From positions 12,131 through 76,130 of the IMG/VR virus record IMGVR_UViG_3300023179_008905: a DNA stretch of 64,000 bases. One strand, given 5' to 3'. Both the position numbers and the translations under genes were made by a program. Position 1 is the stretch's first letter. The number at the start of each line of letters is the position of its first letter. Below, one piece after another: positions 9,529 through 19,008 of the stretch. The stretch comes from a virus. The notes under the pieces were generated by a model that searched no databases, was not told where the DNA came from, and saw only the letters and a list, made by a program, of their open reading frames with translations.

Positions 9529-10368
9529 ATGGCAGACGTAACAATATCTAATTTAACTTATGGGATTCCTTCTACAGGGTCCTTTATACCTTATACTGAT
9601 AATGGTGTTACGCTTAAAGTTTCACCCTCTGGTATATATGCTCAAAAAAATAGTTTATTAATGGTAGGTGCATCGGGGATTGCACCTGATGTATTTCCTG
9701 AAAATCAGACTGCTGCAATTGCACCGCTGACAAACTATAATGCAATTTTTCGAGGAGGGTGGTTAGTAAACATTACAGATAAAAATACAACTTGGGGTGA
9801 TTCTGCAGCAAGAATAGGTGTTTTAAAAGTTGGAGCGGGTGATAGCTGGTGGTTTTCACATAATGCAGACGGTTCTTGTGGAATACATCAAAGTAGACAA
9901 GGTGATAGAATACATATACTTTCTGGTGGTGAAGTGACTAAACCCTACCAGCCATTTTTATATGCAAGTAGAGCAGGTAAAGGTGATTATACATACTCAA
10001 ATGCTACTGTTGTAGCAAATACAGCTACAATACCTTTTAATACTATCATAAAGCAAGTTGGAGACAATTACAATACGTCAACTGGATTATACACTGCACC
10101 TGTGAATGGTGTTTATTTAATAGAAGCGGGTATAAATTTTGGCGGTGGGAAAGTAAATCAAATGTGGCCTTTAATAGATGGGGTAAGGCAACCTACATTC
10201 GGGGGAGGACAGGACTATTCTAGTTTTAATATTTTATTCGGTACAACAATTTTATATTTAAATAAAAATCAAACTGTGGGTATAAGAGTTTACAGTGGTC
10301 AAACAAGTAATATTACTATTTATGAAAATGAATCACATACATTTTTAAAGATAGCTTTATTAGGATAA
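9529..10368 (+). CDS. MADVTIS-family fibre protein with C1q/TNF-like head
   Basis: MADVTISNLT anchor; IPFNTII...YNTSTGLYTAPVNGVYLI...LYLNKNQTV C1q signature. Confidence 0.8.
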   Translation: MADVTISNLTYGIPSTGSFIPYTDNGVTLKVSPSGIYAQKNSLLMVGASGIAPDVFPENQTAAIAPLTNYNAIFRGGWLVNITDKNTTWGDSAARIGVLKVGAGDSWWFSHNADGSCGIHQSRQGDRIHILSGGEVTKPYQPFLYASRAGKGDYTYSNATVVANTATIPFNTIIKQVGDNYNTSTGLYTAPVNGVYLIEAGINFGGGKVNQMWPLIDGVRQPTFGGGQDYSSFNILFGTTILYLNKNQTVGIRVYSGQTSNITIYENESHTFLKIALLG

Positions 10369-10378
10369 ATAATATTGT

Positions 10379-10813
10379 ATGGAATATACCAACGTAATAA
10401 AAGAGAGTCTAAAGAAAACAGCTCTTAAGAGAATAAGAGTAAAAGTGGATCCTGCTTTGGTTACTGCTGGGGTTGATTTTTCTAAAGTAGACGGTTATGA
10501 AGGTTATGTATTAGAAGAATGTATGGGTAGGTTAAGAGTATTAGTTCTTTCTCCAGATATGCCTATTTGTGATTTACCAGAAGAAATGTTAGAAATAGTT
10601 GCAGATAGTATCGATAGCGATGTATTTGAAGAATATAAAGCTTTTGTAATGCACAGGCTTATTAAAGATGGTAAAACTATTAATGACCCTTTATTAGAGC
10701 AGATAAGATGTAGTGCTGATATAAATAGTATAGAAGTTTTAATCAATCAGGCCGGTTATACCGGGGATAGGTTGGCAGAACTTTATAGAGATTTTATAAC
10801 TAATGAAAACTAA
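10379..10813 (+). CDS. hypothetical late protein
   Basis: TAAATA box upstream; leader MEYTNVIKES. Confidence 0.7.
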   Translation: MEYTNVIKESLKKTALKRIRVKVDPALVTAGVDFSKVDGYEGYVLEECMGRLRVLVLSPDMPICDLPEEMLEIVADSIDSDVFEEYKAFVMHRLIKDGKTINDPLLEQIRCSADINSIEVLINQAGYTGDRLAELYRDFITNEN

Positions 10814-11468
10814 ACAATTTGATGCTTTAGTAGAACAGCTTTTAAAAGAAGCCGATGGTGATGGTGGAGGCAGTTTTCTCTCCAAGATTGGAAGCGCAGC
10901 AAAAACGGTAGGTAGAGGTTTAGCCCAAGCTTATAATGCCCCTGCTACTTTCGCAAGAGGTGCTGCTAAATTACGTAGTGCAGTACAAACCGGTGAAATA
11001 CCTTTAGATGATAAAGAAAAAAAAGCAGGAAAAGGTACAATGGCAGCTTCCGGAGAAATACCAAAACAAGGTGATTCCGTAAATATACGTTTAAAAGGGT
11101 TAGGTACCTCACCTACCGGTATAACTGGAAAATTAGAAAACCCTAAACCCTATCAGGGGGGTCAATTATTTGATGTAAGAGTTACCGGTAATCCGCAAGT
11201 AGATAAACTTAGAATTTTAGACAAACCCAACGAAAAAGGTACTATGGAGAGGCAGATCTATTATTTTAATAAAGACAATATGCCTGTAGATCCTGGGTTT
11301 CTTAAACAAAAGAAATTAAACTCTATGGGCTTTTTTGGTATGAATCCAAATATAGATAAATCTAAAAACCCCACCGGTAGAGAATGGATAGTTTCAGATA
11401 ATGAATATCCTTTTCTTCCTCAAGATCAACAAGAACCAGGAACTCCTGGTAAAATACCTACTAAATAA
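10803..11468 (+). CDS. hypothetical protein, possible internal head protein
   Basis: Leader MKTKQFDALVEQLLKEA followed by an amphipathic Gly/Ala segment. Confidence 0.7.
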   Translation: MKTKQFDALVEQLLKEADGDGGGSFLSKIGSAAKTVGRGLAQAYNAPATFARGAAKLRSAVQTGEIPLDDKEKKAGKGTMAASGEIPKQGDSVNIRLKGLGTSPTGITGKLENPKPYQGGQLFDVRVTGNPQVDKLRILDKPNEKGTMERQIYYFNKDNMPVDPGFLKQKKLNSMGFFGMNPNIDKSKNPTGREWIVSDNEYPFLPQDQQEPGTPGKIPTK

Positions 11469-11479
11469 TAAATATTAAT

Positions 11480-11683
11480 ATGCCCGCAAAAACAGAGAAA
11501 CAAAGAAAATTTTTTGGTGCCGTAATGGGTGCAAAGAAACATCAAAAAGGTGTTAAAGGAGCTGCAAAAAAAGTAGCAAAAGAAATGCCTAAAAAGGAAA
11601 TTAAAAAGTTTTTAAAGAAAGAAAGTTTCTCTTCTTTAGTAGAGGATATTCTTACCGAGCTATACAAGCCTAATGCCTCCTAA
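11480..11683 (+). CDS. small basic DUF3008-like protein
   Basis: MPAKTEKQRKFFGAV...AKEMPKKEIKKF; TAAATA at 11469-11474. Confidence 0.65.
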   Translation: MPAKTEKQRKFFGAVMGAKKHQKGVKGAAKKVAKEMPKKEIKKFLKKESFSSLVEDILTELYKPNAS

Positions 11684-11846
11684 GCTAATTAACGGTAAGC
11701 TTTTTATTACTAAGTGCGGTTATTTCTTAGTTGACGAACACGGTAAAGAAATTACTAATTCTACCGGCGATTTAATTACCTTTACAAGCGCTTTAGACGC
11801 AGAAAAATATTTAAAAGAAAATAATATTAAAGGTTCATACAAATAA
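11673..11846 (+). CDS. 57-aa hypothetical protein (not in ORF track)
   Basis: MPPKLINGKLFITKCGYFLVDEHGKEITNSTGDLITFTSALDAEKYLKENNIKGSYK; overlaps the previous stop and fills the gap. Confidence 0.6.
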   Translation: MPPKLINGKLFITKCGYFLVDEHGKEITNSTGDLITFTSALDAEKYLKENNIKGSYK

Positions 11847-11850
11847 ACAG

Positions 11851-11878
11851 TTGATTTTTTAAAAAATTCGCTTATAAT
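11851..11878 (+). promoter_or_regulatory. sigma70-like promoter TTGATT-N16-TATAAT for queD
   Basis: Near-consensus hexamers in an intergenic gap. Confidence 0.65.
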
Positions 11879-11906
11879 ATTAAGGATATAGAAAAGTAGA
11901 GTTCTG

Positions 11907-12620
11907 ATGAGATATAAAAGTACTAAGATCTTAGAATTAGGTAGTTGTGCATTTAGACAATGGAGAGCTGTACATAGTCATTGTAAGTTTATTCATGGCT
12001 ATAGATTAGTTGCTAAGTTTTGGTTTAGTTGTGATTCTTTAGATGATAAGAATTGGGTAGTAGATTTTGGAGGGTTAGATGAACTTAAGAAAATTTTACA
12101 AAAACAATTTGATCATACATTATGTGTTTCAGAAGATGATCCTTTGTTAGAAGGATTTAAATCATTACATACTGCTGGTGGTTGTGATTTAAGAATTATG
12201 CCTAAGGGAGTAGGTATTGAAAGGACAGCTGAATGGTGTTTAAATGTTTCTGATGCGCATGTAAGACAGTTAACAAATAATCGTTGTTGGGTTGAAAAAG
12301 TTGAAGTATGGGAACATGAAAAAAATTCAGCTATAGCAATTGCAGAAAATATTAATCATAATCATGTTAATTTGAGCAATGCATTTAATGTTACAAATAA
12401 TGTTACAACTGGTAATTCTGAAACTGTTGCAACAACATTGCAACCACCTATTAATCAGGTAAGAACGTTTTTAGACGACGTACAGCAAGAAACCGGTGTT
12501 AATGTTGCTAATGTTTTAAAACAAGTTCCTCAGCAGCAAGTACCGAGACCAGCTAATGTAGGTAATAAGACGTCTTCAGGTTTTTCGAATTTATTTGGCG
12601 GTACAAGCTGGGGAATGTAA
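11907..12620 (+). CDS. queD: 6-carboxytetrahydropterin synthase with low-complexity C-terminal extension
   Basis: CAFRQWRA.HSHCKFIHGY, WVVDFGGL, FDHT, VEVWEHEKN. Confidence 0.9.
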   Translation: MRYKSTKILELGSCAFRQWRAVHSHCKFIHGYRLVAKFWFSCDSLDDKNWVVDFGGLDELKKILQKQFDHTLCVSEDDPLLEGFKSLHTAGGCDLRIMPKGVGIERTAEWCLNVSDAHVRQLTNNRCWVEKVEVWEHEKNSAIAIAENINHNHVNLSNAFNVTNNVTTGNSETVATTLQPPINQVRTFLDDVQQETGVNVANVLKQVPQQQVPRPANVGNKTSSGFSNLFGGTSWGM

Positions 12621-13358
12621 TTAGATTTTTGGCTTAATTGTTGCTATTACTTTTACTATAAATTTAAGTAATTTACTTCTAGTAATATCATCTTCTGTAA
12701 AATGAAAAACATGTATTCCGTGATCCTTACTATCTTGTGAATCGAAACCACCCATAATATTTTTAAATCCGGATTTTTGAATATCTGATTGCAAAGAATC
12801 TCCTATAACAAACAATTTACAATTTTTTCCAAACCTAGTTAAAATCGTAACTAATTCACTATGCTCTAAGTTTTGTGCTTCATCAACTATTACAACACTG
12901 TTTGCAAAAGTTGCACCTCTCAAGAAATTAACAGGCGTACATTTTAAGTATTCATTTTCAAATAACATATTTGTTATTTGTTTACCTACTAATTCATCAC
13001 ATTTTTCTATTAATGGAATACTCCATGGCTTAAACTTATCGTCTACCTCACCAGGTAAGCTTCCTAGTTTACGTGTAGCAGATTCTACTATACTCCTTAT
13101 ATAGATTATCTCATCTATCTTTTTTTCCTTTAACATAGACAAAGCAACATATGTTGCACAGTATGTTTTCGAAGAACCAGCAGGCCCGTCACAGAATATA
13201 ATATGGGTATCGTCTTGAAAAGCCTTGTCTACAAAAGCTTTATGATGTTCATTAAAATGAAATTTCTGCTCTACTTTAAAATTCAGAAAAATATCTGATT
13301 TTATAAGCTTATTATCTTCGCGAGCAGCTTTTTTTAGCTGTCTGTCCTTCTTAGACAT
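12621..13358 (-). CDS. phoH: PhoH-family ATPase
   Basis: GPAGSSKT, LGSLPG, FLRGATF, VIVDEAQN, LTRFG, GDSLQSD. Confidence 0.95.
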   Translation of the reverse strand: MSKKDRQLKKAAREDNKLIKSDIFLNFKVEQKFHFNEHHKAFVDKAFQDDTHIIFCDGPAGSSKTYCATYVALSMLKEKKIDEIIYIRSIVESATRKLGSLPGEVDDKFKPWSIPLIEKCDELVGKQITNMLFENEYLKCTPVNFLRGATFANSVVIVDEAQNLEHSELVTILTRFGKNCKLFVIGDSLQSDIQKSGFKNIMGGFDSQDSKDHGIHVFHFTEDDITRSKLLKFIVKVIATIKPKI

Positions 13359-13374
13359 CTGTAATTATTTATTC

Positions 13375-13402
13375 TTGAATAGTAGCAGATATGTAATATA
13401 AT
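13375..13402 (+). promoter_or_regulatory. sigma70-like promoter TTGAAT-N16-TATAAT for queE
   Basis: Intergenic, back-to-back with the TAAATA box serving phoH. Confidence 0.6.
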
Positions 13403-13412
13403 ATAAAAATTA

Positions 13413-14156
13413 ATGAGTGATTCGTATATTTTTTTAAGTGACGATAAGTTATTTTATACTCTAGAAGGTGAAGGTGAGTATGTAGGATATCCTTCTGTTT
13501 TTATGCGTTTATCAATGTGTAATTTAACGTGTAAAGGATTTGCTTCATCTGATTCACCTCACGGTTGCGATAGTTTTGTCAGCTGGTCAGTAAAAAACAG
13601 AATGACGTTTGATGAGGTGTTTGAATATATGGCACAAAATAGTTATAACTGCCATTTAAAAGATGGTGCTATATGGAAAATTACTGGTGGCGAACCACTT
13701 ATTCAACAAAAAACATTATTAGAGCTTGTTGATCAATTTATTTTCCGCTTTGGGTTTGTACCGAGAATAGACTTTGAAACAAATGCTACAATTATACCTG
13801 ACCATCAGTGGGTAGATTGGAAAGCAACATTTACAACTTCACCTAAGCTTTCAAACAACGGAGATCCGATTGAAAAGAGATATAAGCCTGAAGTATTAAA
13901 ATGGCATGTAAAACATAATTCGGGCTTTAAATTTGTTATTAATAATGAAAACGATTTTAATGAAGTTTTAGAAAAATATATACTTGAGCCGAATATTAAA
14001 GTTCCCCGGGAAAGAGTATGGTTAATGCCTTGTTGTGGTAGTAGAGAAGAGCATATTGAAAAGGCGTCTGTTATTGCCGAGTTATGTAAAAAACATAAGC
14101 TTAAATTTAGTCCAAGATTACAACTTGTTATTTGGAATAAAGCTCTTAAAGTATAA
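13413..14156 (+). CDS. queE: 7-carboxy-7-deazaguanine synthase (radical SAM)
   Basis: FYTLEGEG...SVFMRLSMCNLTC(x11)CDS, ITGGEPL, ETNAT, SPKL, SPRLQ. Confidence 0.9.
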   Translation: MSDSYIFLSDDKLFYTLEGEGEYVGYPSVFMRLSMCNLTCKGFASSDSPHGCDSFVSWSVKNRMTFDEVFEYMAQNSYNCHLKDGAIWKITGGEPLIQQKTLLELVDQFIFRFGFVPRIDFETNATIIPDHQWVDWKATFTTSPKLSNNGDPIEKRYKPEVLKWHVKHNSGFKFVINNENDFNEVLEKYILEPNIKVPRERVWLMPCCGSREEHIEKASVIAELCKKHKLKFSPRLQLVIWNKALKV

Positions 14157-14157
14157 T

Positions 14158-14895
14158 ATGAGAATAGCTATTTCCGGTAGCGCATGTCAGGGTAAATCTA
14201 CATTAGTTAAAGATTTTTTAAAAAATTGGCCCCAGTATAAAAGATCTGAAGAATCATATAGAAAGCTAATAAAGAAAGAAAAAATTAATATTAATAAAAA
14301 AGTTGATCAAGATGGCCAATGGAAAATTTTAAATTGTCTTATAGATGATATACAAAAAACGGAAAAGGGTGACAAGGTAATTTTTGATAGATGTCCGCTA
14401 GATAATATTATCTATTCTTTATGGGCAGAAGAAAAAGGTACTTCTGATATTGATAGAGATTTTATTAAAAAATGTATACCTTTAGTACAGGAGAGTATGA
14501 AATCTATTGATATTATTTTCTTTTTACCTATTACAAAAGTTGCACCGGTACCTATAGAAGATAGACCTGATCGCGAAATTGATAAAGTTTTTATTGAAGA
14601 AGTAGATCATATCTTTAAAGCTGTTTCTCATGCTTTGGCACAAAAAGGCATATGCCCTTTTATGGCTTCAGATGACAGGCCTCCAATTATTGAAGTATTT
14701 GGAACACCAGAGGAGCGTATTGAGATTATAAAACTTTATTTGGATGAAAAAGGTGATGTAATAACTGATTCTACTAGTGTATTAGATCCTGAAAATATTA
14801 ATAATATGGAAACCATACTAAGAGCACAAGAGAAAGCACTTAGTGATGAAAAATACGAGCAAAAAATAAAAAAGAATATAATACTCGGACAATAA
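14158..14895 (+). CDS. P-loop nucleotide kinase-like protein (AAA_28/NadR-like)
   Basis: MRIAISGSACQGKSTL, IFDRCPLDNIIYS, GTPEERIE; ATG 14158 directly after the queE stop. Confidence 0.75.
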   Translation: MRIAISGSACQGKSTLVKDFLKNWPQYKRSEESYRKLIKKEKININKKVDQDGQWKILNCLIDDIQKTEKGDKVIFDRCPLDNIIYSLWAEEKGTSDIDRDFIKKCIPLVQESMKSIDIIFFLPITKVAPVPIEDRPDREIDKVFIEEVDHIFKAVSHALAQKGICPFMASDDRPPIIEVFGTPEERIEIIKLYLDEKGDVITDSTSVLDPENINNMETILRAQEKALSDEKYEQKIKKNIILGQ

Positions 14896-14903
14896 ATAAT
14901 TAC

Positions 14904-15116
14904 ATGTCCAAGTTTAATGATAAGTTTGAAGAATTACTAGAAAGTTTTAATTTTATTAAAACAGTTAAAAGAGAGTTTTATCCAAAAAACTTTAAGCTAT
15001 CAGAAGATTTTATTAAATCATTTAAAAATGAATATGTAAGGTTAGTAAAAGAAGGAAATCACCCACGGAAGGTTTTAGCGCGTATTAATAAAGCGCTTTT
15101 ATTCCATACAAAATAA
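14904..15116 (+). CDS. small late protein, possible internal head protein
   Basis: TAAATA 14893-14898; leader MSKFNDKFEELLESF. Confidence 0.65.
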   Translation: MSKFNDKFEELLESFNFIKTVKREFYPKNFKLSEDFIKSFKNEYVRLVKEGNHPRKVLARINKALLFHTK

Positions 15117-15875
15117 TTAACTATTACCGCCAGTTAGAGCAGTTACATTTACCCATAGAGTAGAATTATACAAGTACAGGAATCTCCAATAAGCCCTTAC
15201 TGGGGCACCGCCAATCGGTATTACATATCCAAGATCTACATTAAAGTTTAAATTGTTACCGCTTTTTATAATACTATCGTAAGGAATATAAGGTACGTAA
15301 AGAGATGATGTACCGAGCGTTATAGTAAATAAATCTGGTCTCTTAACAGCATTAATTGTAATATCAGAAAAATTATAAAAAAAGTTTGCAATAGTTATGA
15401 GACTACTCTTGTTAGTCGGTTGAATGTCTGTATAACCCCAAAATTCTACTACACGCTTGTAGAGCTGATTTTGATAAGCAGTTAAATTAGGAATTAAAGT
15501 TTGTGAAATATAAACGTAATCAGGAGATGCATTTTCTACATAATTAGCACTTGTAATTAAACCGCCGCTAAAGGTGAATCTATTATAATAATCATCTTGA
15601 CCGGTAAATCCTAGCTCACTTTCTGTAACGTAAAGAGGTGAAGAAATGACCGAACTTGCAGAAACGGTATCAAACCTTACATATTCACCTGTAAGGCTTC
15701 CGGGTAAAACTGTTTCACCATTAGGATTAGTTTTAACGACATTTAAATTTTCAAACGTTATAGTCTGGGTACCATTTTCTGTTTGAAGAATAAAAAGATC
15801 GCTACCTAAAACTTCTTGAGATTTAGGTAAACTATTAATATTAACAAAATTACTATTGGATGTATTAATTGCCAT
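15117..15875 (-). CDS. putative virion structural/fibre protein
   Basis: TATAAATA upstream; N-terminal VNINSLP...DLFILQTENGTQTI anchor-like motif; S/T/N-rich beta composition. Confidence 0.55.
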   Translation of the reverse strand: MAINTSNSNFVNINSLPKSQEVLGSDLFILQTENGTQTITFENLNVVKTNPNGETVLPGSLTGEYVRFDTVSASSVISSPLYVTESELGFTGQDDYYNRFTFSGGLITSANYVENASPDYVYISQTLIPNLTAYQNQLYKRVVEFWGYTDIQPTNKSSLITIANFFYNFSDITINAVKRPDLFTITLGTSSLYVPYIPYDSIIKSGNNLNFNVDLGYVIPIGGAPVRAYWRFLYLYNSTLWVNVTALTGGNS

Positions 15876-15907
15876 CGTTATTATTTATATTAAAATACAA
15901 TTAATAT

Positions 15908-16723
15908 ATGGAGAAAATAGGTGTTGGTATTATAACATGTAATCGACCACGGTTTTTTGTAAAATGCTTTAGATCTATACCTCTAGTAGATAATATTATC
16001 GTTGTTAATGATGGTGCGGATTTTGAGGATGTAAGTAAGCTGCAACAGGAAAAGTCTTTTTATTATGTTCATAATAAAACAAATATTGGTGTTGGTAGAT
16101 CAAAAAATATTGCTTTAAAATATTTATTAGAACAAGGCTGCACACATTTATTTCTTATAGAAGATGATATAGTAGTAAAAAATAAAGACGTATTTAATGT
16201 TTATATTAATGCTAGAAAAATAACCGGTTTACAGCATTTTAATTTTGGTTATCATGGTCCAGCTAATAGAAACAATATTTCTAAAGGTCAGCCGGTTCCC
16301 AGATTTATTATTGATTACGGTGATACAAAAATTGCTATAAATGCAAATAGCGTTGGCGCATTTTGTTATTACACCAAAGAGGCTCTCGAAGAAACGGGGT
16401 TATTAGATGAAAGTTATTTAAATGCTTTTGAACATGTAGATCATGACTACAGGCTTTTTAAAGCAGGATATTATACGCCATATTGGAATTTTGCTGACAT
16501 AGCTAATAGTTTAGAATATTTAGATGAATTAGAATGCTCTGAAAATAGTAGCTCTATTAGACCGAGATCAGATTGGCGTCAGAATATTGAGCGCGGATTA
16601 CAAATTTTTAAAAATAAGCATGGTTATACACCAGCATGGGAAAATAGAGTACCCGATTCTACAGAAGAAGAGGTAAAAAAAGTTTTAAAGACGATTTATA
16701 AAAAATATTCATTGAAAAAATAA
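15908..16723 (+). CDS. glycosyltransferase family 2
   Basis: IITCNRP, VVNDG, NIGVGRSKN, FLIEDD, GLLDE...EHVDH. Confidence 0.85.
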   Translation: MEKIGVGIITCNRPRFFVKCFRSIPLVDNIIVVNDGADFEDVSKLQQEKSFYYVHNKTNIGVGRSKNIALKYLLEQGCTHLFLIEDDIVVKNKDVFNVYINARKITGLQHFNFGYHGPANRNNISKGQPVPRFIIDYGDTKIAINANSVGAFCYYTKEALEETGLLDESYLNAFEHVDHDYRLFKAGYYTPYWNFADIANSLEYLDELECSENSSSIRPRSDWRQNIERGLQIFKNKHGYTPAWENRVPDSTEEEVKKVLKTIYKKYSLKK

Positions 16724-16739
16724 TGATGTAATATAAAAT
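16712..16739 (+). promoter_or_regulatory. sigma70-like promoter TTGAAA-N16-TAAAAT
   Basis: -10 ends 6 nt before GTG 16746. Confidence 0.55.
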
Positions 16740-16745
16740 AATCTT

Positions 16746-17183
16746 GTGCAAAGAAAGTACTTACCTACCTTTTCAGAATTAGTTGATAGACTTACAATAG
16801 TTTTACTTAAAAGTATTTTTATCCCTCAAAACAAATCTCAGTATAATCAGGAAATAAAAGATATTAAGCACGATATAGATCAAATAATTAATGATAAAAA
16901 TATTAAGCTAAATTCTGATATTATTAAATCAATTTGTATTATTATGCTTGCAAACCGATATATTTGGGAGAATGAAAGTAAATGTCGGTCTGGTGAATCA
17001 CAGGACTTATCTCTTCTTAAACTTACCCATTCAATTAACGGGGTAAGAAATACTGCAAAAAACATTTTAGCAAAAGAATTTAATGAAAGACAAGATCTTA
17101 AAATTGATTGCCTTGCTGCTGAACTTTTATCAGATTTTCAAAATTGGGATATTTTTAAAGATTATGAAGAAAAAACAAAATAA
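16746..17183 (+). CDS. helical hypothetical protein of glycan clusters (DUF6165/DUF4254-like)
   Basis: SELVDRLTI...ANRYIWENES...NGVRNTAKN pattern. Confidence 0.55.
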   Translation: MQRKYLPTFSELVDRLTIVLLKSIFIPQNKSQYNQEIKDIKHDIDQIINDKNIKLNSDIIKSICIIMLANRYIWENESKCRSGESQDLSLLKLTHSINGVRNTAKNILAKEFNERQDLKIDCLAAELLSDFQNWDIFKDYEEKTK

Positions 17184-17511
17184 ACAAACACCTCCAAACA
17201 TTCCTTTTAATGAATATTATAAAGGATATCTAAAGAAACATACAAACCTAATTAATCGTAGATTACATGTATTAGGTCAATTAACAACAATTGCTTATTT
17301 CCTTACTGTAACTTATTTGACAGTGAAAGTAAGCCTGGCGTTTGCTTTGTTATACCCTTTTACTTTATTTGTTGTTTACCCGTTTGCATGGTCGGGGCAT
17401 TTTTTCTTTGAAAAAAATAAACCCGCTGCTTTTAAAAATCCTTGGAAAGCTAAAGCAGCAGACTGGGTAATGTTAAAAGATATTCTTCTTGGAAGAATTA
17501 AATTATGGTGA
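17164..17511 (+). CDS. DUF962/Mpo1-like membrane protein
   Basis: YLKKHTNLINRRLHVLG, YPFAWSGHFFFEKNKPAAFKNP; ATG 17164 preferred. Confidence 0.85.
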   Translation: MKKKQNKQTPPNIPFNEYYKGYLKKHTNLINRRLHVLGQLTTIAYFLTVTYLTVKVSLAFALLYPFTLFVVYPFAWSGHFFFEKNKPAAFKNPWKAKAADWVMLKDILLGRIKLW

Positions 17512-18044
17512 GAACAAAAACAGACTATGTAAGTAATACGATTAAAGATTTATTGGTATTAAAGCCAGGAATCTTTCGTGATTATAGAGGAGAAAACGTT
17601 GAAACGTTTGATAAAGAATATAATCGTATTTCTTTAGCACACATTGATGAGTTTAGAAAAGAGAAATTAGAGTTTGTCGTAGATTCACTTTCCTTTTCTA
17701 GAAAAAATGTTCTTAGAGGATTCCATGGTGATACAAAAGCTTGGAAATTAGTTCAATGCATTCAAGGCAGCATTTACTTAGTAGTTATTGATACAAGAAA
17801 AGATTCTCCTACTTTTAAAAATATTGAAACATTTACTTTAGATGATAAAGATAGGCATCAAGTTCTCATTCCACGTGGTTGCGTTAATGCGCATTTATGC
17901 TTAACAGATACATGCACTTTTTTCTATAAATTAACACATGGCTATGTTAATCCTGAAGATCAAATTACTGTAAAATGGAATGATCCAAGTTATAATGTAA
18001 AATGGCCTATAGTTAACCCCATTTTATCATTAAGAGATTCATGA
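17505..18044 (+). CDS. rmlC: dTDP-4-dehydrorhamnose 3,5-epimerase family
   Basis: FRDYRG, SRKNVLRGFH, KLVQCIQGSIYLVVIDTRKDSPTF, WNDP. Confidence 0.85.
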   Translation: MVRTKTDYVSNTIKDLLVLKPGIFRDYRGENVETFDKEYNRISLAHIDEFRKEKLEFVVDSLSFSRKNVLRGFHGDTKAWKLVQCIQGSIYLVVIDTRKDSPTFKNIETFTLDDKDRHQVLIPRGCVNAHLCLTDTCTFFYKLTHGYVNPEDQITVKWNDPSYNVKWPIVNPILSLRDS

Positions 18045-18982
18045 AAATATTAATTACCGGTGGTGCAGGGTATATTGGGTGTAAGCTTACGCAAGCTTTA
18101 GCCGATCATTATAAGACTGAAAAAGTAATTGTTTACGATAATTTAATGTACAAGCAAGATGGACTTTTTTCACTTCTTAGTCACCCTAAGATTGAATTTG
18201 TCTACGGTGATGTAAGGGAAGAACAAAAACTATCTAAATTAGTTAAAGAAGCTGATATCGTTATTCCTCTTGCTGCTATAGTAGGGTTCCCTGCCTGTGC
18301 AAAAGATCCTGATACTGCTAACAAAGTAAATAATTTACAAATACAAAATATTATTAAATGGGCTAACAATGATACAAAAATAATTTACCCAAATACTAAT
18401 AGTGGCTACGGTGTTGGCGTAGAAGGTGAATTCTGTACAGAAGAAACACCTCTTAATCCTATCTCGGTTTACGGGGTAACAAAATGCGCGGCAGAAAAAT
18501 CAGTTCTCGATTTTGGGGGGATATCTTTTAGGCTTGCTACAGTATTTGGTGTCTCACCTCGCTTTCGAAAAGATCTATTAGTAAATAGTTTTGTCTTAAA
18601 AGCACTAACAGACAAATATATTGTTTTGTTTGAGAGTCATTTTAAACGTAATTTTATACATGTAAACGATGTTGTAAAAGCATTTATAGCAATGATACAC
18701 AACTATAATAATTACAAGGGTCAAGCTTTTAATGTTGGCTTATCTACTGCAAACCTTTCAAAGCTTGAATTGTGTGAAAAAATAAAACAATATATACCTG
18801 ATTTTGTTATAACAACTAACGAATTTAATACAGATCAAGATAAACGAAATTATATTGTAAGTAATGAAAAATTAGAGGCCATCGGTTGGAAGCCCGATTG
18901 TAGTCTAGATTATGGTATACAGGAGCTAATTAAAGCATATCCAGTTATTATAAATACGGATACTAAACATACTAACTTGTAA
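18041..18982 (+). CDS. NAD-dependent nucleotide-sugar epimerase/reductase (extended SDR)
   Basis: ILITGGAGYIG, YGVTK (YxxxK), FRLATVFG, RNFIHVND. Confidence 0.9.
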   Translation: MKILITGGAGYIGCKLTQALADHYKTEKVIVYDNLMYKQDGLFSLLSHPKIEFVYGDVREEQKLSKLVKEADIVIPLAAIVGFPACAKDPDTANKVNNLQIQNIIKWANNDTKIIYPNTNSGYGVGVEGEFCTEETPLNPISVYGVTKCAAEKSVLDFGGISFRLATVFGVSPRFRKDLLVNSFVLKALTDKYIVLFESHFKRNFIHVNDVVKAFIAMIHNYNNYKGQAFNVGLSTANLSKLELCEKIKQYIPDFVITTNEFNTDQDKRNYIVSNEKLEAIGWKPDCSLDYGIQELIKAYPVIINTDTKHTNL

Positions 18983-19008
18983 AAATTATAGCTTCACATA
19001 TATAATAT

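Noticed and set aside
18977-19006. Promoter TTGTAA-N18-TATAAT before the radical SAM gene
   Set aside because: The -10 ends only 2 nt before the ATG and the spacer is atypical, so the exact elements cannot be assigned
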